IMG/VR virus record: IMGVR_UViG_3300046004_001044
Coordinates: 1 to 55,507 of that record
DNA length: 55,507 nucleotides
Strand: one strand, 5' to 3'
DNA from: a virus
Taxonomy: Duplodnaviria > Caudoviricetes
This document shows, piece by piece, positions 28,848-38,500 of this stretch. The translations under genes and the position numbers were made by a program. Under the pieces are notes generated by a model. It saw nothing but the letters and a program-made list of their open reading frames with translations, made no database searches and was not told the DNA's origin. How positions within the stretch are numbered: the first letter of the stretch is position 1; each line of letters opens with the position of its first letter.

Positions 28848-29755
28848 AATTTATAAACGCTCAACCTGCTACCGATTATTACGCGTGGCAGGTTGAGGTT
28901 GCAATTACTCAATTCATCAGGCTTGGATATAATCCAGAAGATATTCATGTGATTGGAGGATACACAGATTCAGTTCCTGATAGCTGGGTTAAGTTGCAGA
29001 AAAAGTTTGATAATGTTAAAATCTTAACATATAAGCATGATCTTGTTAATTTAGAATATCAACCAGCAATCCAATCGGCACTGCTTAAAATGCATTGGGA
29101 TGCTCATCCATACTTAAGGGATTGCGCGATATTTTTCCATGACGCAGATTTTGTATTGACCAAGCATTTTAATTTTGATCCATTCCTAGATGACGACACT
29201 TGGCATTTTTCTGATACGATATCATACATCGGTGCCGACTACATAAAAAGCAAGAGTCCTTTAGTTCTTGATATAATGTGCCATACAGTAGGGATCAACA
29301 AGTCTACCGTCGAATCAAACCAGCAAAACTCTGGTGGTGCACAGAAATTAATGAAGAATGTAAATAGTGCTTACTGGGAGGATGTATTTCATAATTCCAT
29401 AAATCTATACGACGTATTAAAAAAAGTGTCTCACATCAAACAAGAAGGGGATGAATACGGTATACAGGTGTGGACTGCTAGTATGTGGGCTGAACTATGG
29501 ACCGCATGGAAGTGCGGGTACAAAATAAACGTACCTAAAGAATTTGATTTTGCATGGGCGACATGCAATTCAAAGAAATGGGATTCATTGGCATTCTTCC
29601 ATAACGCTGGAGTTCCCAATTCTAGTTCTGGAATGTTCTTTAAGGCTCAATACATAGACAAGTATCCATTCAGTGAAGTGCTTGATTTAGACAAGAATAG
29701 ATGCTCTAGTAGGTACTTTGATCTAATCAAATCAATAGATAGTTGTTTAATTTAG
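28838..29755 (+). CDS. GT-A fold glycosyltransferase, resembling peptide O-glycosyltransferases (GT96/GT95-like)
   Basis: YYAWQ, YQPAIQ..LL..HW, FFHDADF (DxD), WTASMWA, FHNAG; start ATG 28838 overlaps the end of the Thr-rich gene. Confidence 0.65.
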   Translation: MQLKFINAQPATDYYAWQVEVAITQFIRLGYNPEDIHVIGGYTDSVPDSWVKLQKKFDNVKILTYKHDLVNLEYQPAIQSALLKMHWDAHPYLRDCAIFFHDADFVLTKHFNFDPFLDDDTWHFSDTISYIGADYIKSKSPLVLDIMCHTVGINKSTVESNQQNSGGAQKLMKNVNSAYWEDVFHNSINLYDVLKKVSHIKQEGDEYGIQVWTASMWAELWTAWKCGYKINVPKEFDFAWATCNSKKWDSLAFFHNAGVPNSSSGMFFKAQYIDKYPFSEVLDLDKNRCSSRYFDLIKSIDSCLI

Positions 29756-29763
29756 TATCTTTG
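29756..29763 (+). promoter_or_regulatory. -7 promoter element (TATCTTTG)
   Basis: Consensus match 4 nt before ATG 29768. Confidence 0.55.
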
Positions 29764-29767
29764 CATT

Positions 29768-30493
29768 ATGTCTGAAGTAACAGTTTCATATTCACCTCAA
29801 AGTTCTGGATGGACTTCATTCTGGTCCTATAAGCCAGACTGGATGATCGGTATGAATAATTCTTTCTATACTTGGAAAGAAGGTAGTCTGTATAAGCATG
29901 ATACTAATTCGGCTAGAAATAGATTCTATGGTTCTGATAATGAGTCATCTATAACTACAATACTAAATCAAGATCCAACTACAAGCAAGATGTTTAAAAC
30001 ATTATATCTTGATAGTAATGTATCTTGGGATGCACAAGTGAATACAGATTTAAATGCTGGGGAGATTGTTTCTTCTTCTTTCAACGAGAAGGAAGGAATG
30101 TGGTACGGCTACATTAGAAGAAATGATGGAGACCTTGATCACAGAGCAATATCAACGCAAGGGATTGGAGAAGTAGATTCATTTGCATCAAACATATTAA
30201 CATTTAGTTTTAGACTAAATACATCAGTAAGTCAGGGGGATTCCTTATACAAGGTAGTGGGCGGAGCATTAACTTTAATTGGTGTAGTTGCATCGCATAA
30301 CACAACAACCATAACACTCGTGTCGACGATATCCGCCCCTTCCTCTGGCGACTTAATTGTATATGTAAAAGATAGTGTTGCTGAGTCATATGGAACTCGC
30401 GGAGACTTTTTAACGGTTACACTTACCAATGCTTCAGCCAATAATGTAGAAATATTTGAAGTTGGAGCTAGCGTTTTTAAATCTTTTCCTTGA
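29768..30493 (+). CDS. Tail muzzle protein, C-terminal part
   Basis: TVSYS....GWTSFWSYKPDWM...LYKH, KMFKTL, FNEKEGMWY, GTRGDF: motifs that normally follow GxYDP in single-chain muzzle proteins. Confidence 0.65.
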   Translation: MSEVTVSYSPQSSGWTSFWSYKPDWMIGMNNSFYTWKEGSLYKHDTNSARNRFYGSDNESSITTILNQDPTTSKMFKTLYLDSNVSWDAQVNTDLNAGEIVSSSFNEKEGMWYGYIRRNDGDLDHRAISTQGIGEVDSFASNILTFSFRLNTSVSQGDSLYKVVGGALTLIGVVASHNTTTITLVSTISAPSSGDLIVYVKDSVAESYGTRGDFLTVTLTNASANNVEIFEVGASVFKSFP

Positions 30494-30511
30494 TAATTAA
30501 GTAAAAATAAC

Positions 30512-30519
30512 TATCTTTG
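30512..30519 (+). promoter_or_regulatory. -7 promoter element (TATCTTTG) for ejection-protein genes
   Basis: Consensus match, intergenic. Confidence 0.6.
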
Positions 30520-30541
30520 CTAAATATAACTCAGCAAGAAA

Positions 30542-31111
30542 ATGATAGGAGCAATTATAGGCGGACTTTCTGCAGTGGCATCTGGCATCTCAGCCATAAA
30601 GAACATGAATGATGCGAAGAGAGCAGATGAGTCAGCAAAGAATTTCACAAATAAATTAATGAATCTTCAAGAACAGAACGCTTACAAGGGCCTTCAAGTT
30701 CCAGACATTCAAAAATTACAGCAAGACTATATAAACAGATCGCAAACTCAAAGTGTTGATGCCCTTCAATCTGGAGGTGCTGAAGCAGTACTTGGGGGTG
30801 TACCAATGGTAAACCAAAACGCTATCGATGCTGGAGCAAAAGCTACGCAAGATCAAGCTATATTGATGAGTGAAAGAGATCAGCAAATAGCTCAGTCACA
30901 ACAAGGAATCAATGAAAGACAAGCTCTAAGACAAGGAGAGGTGTTAGCGTCACAAGCTACTGGTGCTGGTTTATCTGCTGCAAATTCAAGAACAAATGCA
31001 AACAATGCAGTTACTGGAATGTTCTCAAGTCTTGGAGGTGTAGCTACTGATGTTATGGATAATGAGAATTATGAGAGATGGTTAGCTGAACAACAAAATA
31101 AGAAAGTGTAA
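30542..31111 (+). CDS. Putative internal virion / ejection protein 1
   Basis: Gly/Ala-rich hydrophobic N-terminus, Gln-rich helices; typical position. Confidence 0.6.
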   Translation: MIGAIIGGLSAVASGISAIKNMNDAKRADESAKNFTNKLMNLQEQNAYKGLQVPDIQKLQQDYINRSQTQSVDALQSGGAEAVLGGVPMVNQNAIDAGAKATQDQAILMSERDQQIAQSQQGINERQALRQGEVLASQATGAGLSAANSRTNANNAVTGMFSSLGGVATDVMDNENYERWLAEQQNKKV

Positions 31112-32577
31112 TGCCAGAATATTACGGATATACGCCAACGAAGGCGATAGATTGGTCTAGCATCGGCAAAGGACTGTCTGATACTTTTAGCGATATAAAA
31201 GTAAATAGGGAGGCACGCGCTGCAAAAAATGAAGAGATTTATCAATCAGCTAAGAAATCAGTAGATAGTTTAGATACAATGAAAACTCAGTCTCTTGAGT
31301 CATTTGTTGGTTCAAGTGCTGATGAGGTTCGAAATAACCTACTTCAAGCCAATAAAGATTTAAAGGCAGGTAGAATTCATCCAAGAGACTATAGAAATCT
31401 AGTAAACAATATCAATTCCTCTTGGGGTACATTTGCAACTACAGCCAAAACTCTTGATGAAAGAGTAATGTCGGCTATGCAAAGACAACAAACAGGAGAA
31501 GATGGAACTCCTCCGCCAGCTTCTACATTTGAGATGTTCAATATGAAGCAAGCTTTGTCAATGAAAGATCTTGCTAATAAAAAAGTAAAAGTAAGTGGTA
31601 ACGGAGATTTGATTATGTATGATCAAAATGATCCATCCAATGAAATAAACTTGCGAACTATTGGTAACATTGAAGAGCTGGTTGATAACAGAGTTAATGT
31701 AAACAAAGCAGTCCAAGCAAATGTTGAAAACTGGAGTGAGTATATTCGTCAAAATGTTACTGGTGGAGGTAGAGAAAAAATGATTGAAGACTTAACTCAG
31801 AGTCCTTATTTCAAAGAGACTGAGTACGACTTAATTAATTCAATCGCCAATCCAAATAATCCAAGAGCGATTACATCAATCTTACTTGACAACTCTGATA
31901 ACGGATATGTATTATTCAAGAGTGAAGGGGAAAAGAACGGACTTATTGTTGATGCGATTAGACGAAAAGAATCTATCGACGGTAAGGAGATGTCTGAGGA
32001 TGATAGAAAGAAATATGCAGAGGAATATCTGAATAACAAAATGATTAAAGTAGCTACTGATGAGAATGGAAATTCACAGCCAGTCGTTACTGATAAAATG
32101 ATCAAGGAAGCTCAAGATGTAGTTAAAGGTCAGATTAGATTGCAATTGAAGAATTCAATGACTGAATCTAGAGGATTTGCTCCACAAAGCTATGGTGGAT
32201 CTGGAGGAGGATCTGGAGCTGATAATGGTACAAATGATTATGCTGGGTACGAAGTAATCTATTCATCTTGGACTACTGGCAACATGGATAAGTTAAATGC
32301 TGCAAACCCAGATTATGAATTCAAAAGAGTTAGCCCTACTGAGATTGAGATATATAAACGAAAAGGCATTAATGTCAAAGGAGAGATTGTAGACCAACCA
32401 AAGAAAATAGCTAAAGTAACAAACGCTAGAGACTTGGCTCCATATATATTTGGGGAAGGTGGTACTAAAGGAGCTAATGCATCATACCAAATGTTTGATG
32501 ATCAGAAGAAAGCATTCAATGCTGCAGGAAAGGGAAGTAAAGGAAATAATAACGATCCATTAGGATTAGGAATTTAA
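31111..32577 (+). CDS. Putative internal virion / ejection protein 2
   Basis: 488 aa, helical, between ejection protein 1 and giant protein. Confidence 0.55.
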   Translation: MPEYYGYTPTKAIDWSSIGKGLSDTFSDIKVNREARAAKNEEIYQSAKKSVDSLDTMKTQSLESFVGSSADEVRNNLLQANKDLKAGRIHPRDYRNLVNNINSSWGTFATTAKTLDERVMSAMQRQQTGEDGTPPPASTFEMFNMKQALSMKDLANKKVKVSGNGDLIMYDQNDPSNEINLRTIGNIEELVDNRVNVNKAVQANVENWSEYIRQNVTGGGREKMIEDLTQSPYFKETEYDLINSIANPNNPRAITSILLDNSDNGYVLFKSEGEKNGLIVDAIRRKESIDGKEMSEDDRKKYAEEYLNNKMIKVATDENGNSQPVVTDKMIKEAQDVVKGQIRLQLKNSMTESRGFAPQSYGGSGGGSGADNGTNDYAGYEVIYSSWTTGNMDKLNAANPDYEFKRVSPTEIEIYKRKGINVKGEIVDQPKKIAKVTNARDLAPYIFGEGGTKGANASYQMFDDQKKAFNAAGKGSKGNNNDPLGLGI

Positions 32578-32588
32578 TATAATAAGTT

Positions 32589-35500
32589 ATGCCAGTTGAT
32601 TATAAAGAATTTGCGAAGACAATAAAGGCTAAATATCCACAGTACAAAGATGCTGACGACTTGACTCTAGCTAAGAAGATGGTCGAAAAATTTCCAGAAT
32701 ACAAGGATAAGGTAACATTTGAGCCAGTAAAAAAAAAAGAAAAGTCGGAATCGGATTCTCAATCTGGGGCAAGTACTTCTTCTTCGGTTACGCCAAGCAA
32801 ACAAATGCCTTCGCCTTCGGGTTCATCTGCTCAAGGATATGACCCAAACAAGAACCTATTAAAGGCAGATCAAATAGCTCCAAAGCAGGAGTCAGTTTCG
32901 CGGACACAGGTATTTACTGGATATCCAACAAAAGAAAAGAATGAATACCGAGTTCAAGATGGTATTTGGCAAAGAAGACAGCCGAACGAATCTGGATGGC
33001 AGAATGTATTAAATGAAGGATCAGTAAATGCCCTAAACAAGCAATTCAACCAAAAAGTTGCTTACAGTTCAGCTAAAGAAAAGTATATTGGGGTAACTTC
33101 AAGTAAGAAAGAAGTTATGGATAGCAAGCTTACCGCTATAAACTCAAAACTTATTGATAAGGCAGAGGATGAAGTTGTTCCTAAAATGAAGTCTTTATTT
33201 CCAGACTTTGATTTTGCTACAAGCGGAACACTTACTGATGAAATGAAGGTAATAGCACCGAATGGTAAGACGCACACTGTTTCACTGGATAATTTCACAT
33301 ACGATTCAGATAAGAATGAAGCTGTATTATTGCGTGAATTCTTAAGAGCAAATTCAAACGATGAGTTAAATGCAGCTCAAAAAGAATTGAATGAAGCTCA
33401 AAAAGAAGCGGCTGTATTCGATATTCCATTATTCCAACCAAGAATAACGTTGGGTGAAGGTGATGAAAGAATTATCACAAACCCAGAAGATATAAAGCAA
33501 GCTCCAAAAGCTGAAGGTAATATAATGTCTGCAAATGTAAGGTTAGATGCAGCTACGAAAGCCTATGCGAAAGAAACCGTACAGGCATTTGAAGATGTAA
33601 TGGACCGACAAGTACAGGCTGGAAAAACATCTGGCAAACTAGATGATGAGGAAGCAAGAGCAGCCTATGCAGTCCTAAATCATGATTGGAAAACTGTTAA
33701 GGCTTACAATGACTTTTCAGCAGACATGAAGTCATCTGCCGATGAACTTACAAAGCAATTTACTGATTTTTCAACTTGGGTAGATGGAATAAATGCCAGA
33801 GTGAAGAATGGTGAAATTTCTAAAGAGCAGTATGAAAGTGAGTATCTTCCACAGATGCAATCTGGACAAGAAGCCTTGAGAGCTAAGGCGGTTGAGATCG
33901 ATGCTGACATAAAGACATCAAACAATATGTACACATCAATCGAAAGGTCTTCTGCTGAAAACTTGGTGATACAAGAATCTAGAGGATCAATTGGTGGCGG
34001 TATTGCATACAATTTCACGAAAGGACTTACAGATATTGCTAGGCTGGCTTCTATGGGAGCTGTATCAAAAGATGCTCAAGAGGATATTGTTAGATCAATC
34101 GTAGGTCAAGGAACTACTGCTGAATATATGTCTTCAGATAAGAGAAACGACTTAACTAAAGTATTATTTAGTTTGTCTCAAACTCTTGGGCAAGCAGCTA
34201 CTGGAGGTGTTCTTGGTGGGGGCGCTTCAGCTGCGAGTAAGGCAGCATCATTCGCCCCATTCTACGCTGGTAGTTACTATGAAATGAGAGATCAGTTTGA
34301 TAGCCCAGAGTTTGCTGATGTATCAGATGCTCAGAAAATATTGTTTTCATCTCTTTATGGAACCGCATCAGCTGTACTTGAGAAATATGGTTTAACGAAA
34401 TCCATAGCAAAGACACCTATGGGTCAAGGACTGACTAATAGAATATTAAATTCAGCTATTAAAGGACTTCCAAAAGATGCTACTGAAACACAAGTGAGAG
34501 ATGCTATTGAGAATAGCGTTATAAATAAGCTAAAGGAAGCTGGAGTCAGAACGGTGAGTGCTGCCGTAATAGAAGGATCAACTGAAGCAGCTCAATCAGC
34601 TACTCAAATAACATTAAAGGAAACTTTTGATTTACTAAATGATAATAATTATTTTGATAACGGTACTGGTTGGGACATTGCTAAGCAAATCGCAACTGAA
34701 GCATACTTAGGTGCGATTGGCGGGGGAATGATGAGCGTGGCTTCTAGCGGAACTAGAATCATGGCTGATGGAATAAATAAATCGCTGAATAAAGGTCAGA
34801 TGGAAATGCTTGATGCTATCTCTAAGTTAGATGGTATGGATGCTGCATTTGATGCTCATTTAAAGAGTAAGGTTATTAGCGGTGAAATAACTCCAGCAGA
34901 GGCTTCAGAAATGAATAAATCATTCCGAGAAGTTAAGGCAAACATGGATAAAATCCCAACTGACATCTCAATCGAAAAGAAATCAGAAGCGTTCGATTTA
35001 ATGATTGAAAGATCTAAGATTGAAAAAGAGATTGAAGGCAAGGAGGATAACTTAGTTGTTGGTCAAAAGGAAAGAATTAAAGAAATCAATCTTTCATTAC
35101 AAGAATTAAGTACTGCTAAAGCGGAACCAATAGAAGCTAACGACCAAGTTGACGTGCAAATTAACGACCAAGTTGTGGTTGATAAGCCAGTCATTGCAAA
35201 AAATGCAACTGTTGAGGTAGAAAGATTAAAAACATTAGCTCCAGAAGTTGAGGATGGCGCTACATTAAATCTAGACGGATCTAAATATGAAGGAGTTGGA
35301 TTAGTGGTACCAGTTGATAGTATCAATACAACTACTGAAGAAATTACTCCAGAAATGATTGCTGACTTTGTTGAGTCACGTCAAGAAATGATTGGAGATG
35401 CTGGAGTAGTAAAAGCTGGAGTATATAAATTCCCAAATAGTAATCAGGTATCTATCGATTTGTCAGTAGTCGTTCCAGAAACATCAAGAGAACAAGCAAT

Positions 35501-38500
35501 TGAATTCGGGAAGTTGGCTGATCAAGAGTCCTTATTTGACTTAGGTACATTTGAAAATGTGAAAACTGGGGGGACTGGATTAAATCCAATGAAATTTACT
35601 CCAGAGCAACATAGAGAAATTGCGACTGCATTAAAAGAAGGAAGAGTTCCAAATGTATTTGGTTCACAATCACAAGCTGTAGAGCAAAACGAACTCACAC
35701 TTGATAATTATTCAGACGTTGAGAAATCAATTGTAACGAACGATAAGGATGGTAGAGCTACGAATATAGCAAAAGCAGCTAGAGCTGTGCTTAAATCTCT
35801 TCCTAGTGCAAAAATATACCTACATAATACCACTGAAGAATATCGAGATGCAATCGCGAAGGCAGAAGGATCAGATCGTGAGCAGGTGGATATCGATGAG
35901 AATGGGGACCAGCAGTCAAACGGTACATACTTAAATGGAGGAATTCATATAGACATGTCTAGAGCTGATGCGTCAACAGTATTCCACGAAGCATTTCATC
36001 ATGCAGTTGTTACTACAGAAATGAAGAAAGAACTGATGCGTGACTGGGTGGATGGACTGAAGAAAATTGTATCAGATAAAGATCTTATTGCAAAGCTTGA
36101 AGGTTTTGAGTCCAGATACGATGGGGATGTGGATTCCGATAAGGCTGAAGAATTTCTTGCCGAACTAAATGCAATACTAGCTGAAGCAAAGACTGAATTA
36201 ACAACTACTAAGCTGCAACAATTTAAGCAGTTAGTAAATTCTATTGCTAAAAAGTTAGGGCTTCCTGCTGTGTTTAAGGATTCAGATACTGCTCAAGAGG
36301 TTTTGAATTTTATGAACGACATGGCTAAAAACATGCGTCAAGGGAAGGAGATAAAAACTACTTCTGTAGTTGGAGATATTGCTTCTCGTAAAAAACGTAT
36401 GTCTGAGCCAGTTGCTGGGAATAAATTATTCAGCGAGCCTCTTAAGGATGCATCTGTAATTGCAGAAAGATATTCAGAGAAATCTGGTATTGAGTATGTC
36501 GATCCAGCGAAAATCTCAAAACTTGATGAAAGCAATTCAAAAGCAATTGCTGCTGAGTACGACAAAATGAAAAATGATCCTACTGATCCAGAAGTGAAAG
36601 CTGCGTATGACGCAATGATTAGTGAGACAATCGATCAATATGAAGAGATCATTAAGGATGGATATGTAATCGAAGTGAATAACAACGAGCCATACTCTAG
36701 TTCTGAAGAGATGATAAAAGATCTTCGTGATAATAAGCGAATGAAAATATTCTCTACTGAGTCTGGATTTGGAGATGATCCAATTACTGATGAGCAGAGA
36801 GCAGAAAACCCATTACTTCAAAGAACTAAGTATTCAGATTCGAATGGAGTTCCATTACTAGCGAATGATATATTTAGATTTGTGCATGACTTCTTTGGTC
36901 ACGCTAAATTTGGAAATGGATTTGGTCCAGTTGGGGAGGAAAATGCTTGGAGAATTCATTCAGTTATGTATTCTGAATTAGCCAGAAGAGCTGTTACTTC
37001 TGAAACGAGAGGTCAAAATAGCTGGGTTAATTTTAGTGGGGTGAATGACGCTGCATTTAAACTGCGTGATAAAGCCAGAGAGTTACGTAAGCAAGGTAAA
37101 ATTAATGAAGCAAATGAAATGGTTGGTCAAGTTTATGATCAAATGCAATTTGCTGAACAGAAGGTTGGATTAATGCCAGAGTGGGTATCAGAAACTGGGC
37201 CTCGTAAAAAACAAAAGTCAGGTAAGAAGCCACTTCAAAAAGCAATCGATAAGTCATTCGCGAAGTCTACTAAAAAAGTAGTTATAAATGAGCGTGTTGC
37301 ACTTAGAGATCAAATAAAATCAGAAGTGAAAGCTGCGCGTACAGCTGGCCTTGATAAGGTAAGAAAATTCAGAGCGATTGCTGGTGCAGTAAATGCAATG
37401 AAGCGTAATGGATCGATCACTTCGAAGCAAGCAATCACTATTGTAAACAAGCTTGCAAAAGTTAATTTAGATAGTCCAGTAGCTACGCAGAAATTCATAG
37501 ATTACGCATCGAAAGTATTCGATAATGCTGATTACAAACAGCAATTGTCTGATGCATTTAAGATTCAACGACAAATTAAAAACAAGTTAAAAAATGGTCA
37601 AGCATCAACTATTGCAGCAGCTAAGGCTTTTGCGTCAATCGATCCACTTCTTGTGGATGACTTTAGTGAATACATGGAGTACGCGAACAGAGTGTATTCA
37701 GCTGTACGCTCATCTCGTACCACTAATTCAGCGGTAGAATTAAAGTCTGCTATGGATATCCAAGCGATTAGTGAATATACTGACGCTATGATTGAAGTAC
37801 AGAATGAAAAAAGAAAGGAAGAAATTCTTGCAGTATACCAAGAACTAGTAGATGCTGGAGTTATATCTGAAGACATGTCTTTGAAAGATATTCAATCAGT
37901 AATAAATTCACTTAAGGACCCGTCCAATAAAGACATCCAAGAGGAAAGTATTCGTGCATTCATCAATGGAAGAATTGAATTATTAAATAATGATATCCAG
38001 TTCATCCTTAAGAATAGCATTGATCCATCTGGAGATAATTTAGAGATCACTCCAAGACAGCGAGAACTTATTTCGAAACTGATTAAAATAGATGCGTCAA
38101 AACTTTCTATAAAAGAAGCGATTAGACTTGTTGAATTCATGGATAACTTCACAGCTAATGGAGTAGTTGATGGGATTGAGGAGGTTAGTTCTATTTACGA
38201 AGGTAAAGAAGGCGCTGCTAGAATTAAGAAAGAAGGAATTGTAGCTAGGTCTTTGAAGACACTTAATGGAAAATTGAGTGGGTCCAAAACAAAAGCTTAC
38301 GGAGGTGCTATTTGGGCGCAACAGATGATGACATTTGTTACTCTGAATGACATGATGTTCAAGGGTGTTCGTAGAGCTGGGAAGGTTCTTACTGAGATGG
38401 GATTTTATGCCTTTTCCAATGGTGCCAATAAGGCGAATAATACTTGGAATAAGATTGTAAATGAATATTCTGACACATTCACTAAGCTAAAACCTAATGG

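Noticed and set aside
35138-35175. 14-bp direct repeat TAACGACCAAGTTG
   Set aside because: Only two copies, in frame in a linker (NDQV); best explained as a local duplication
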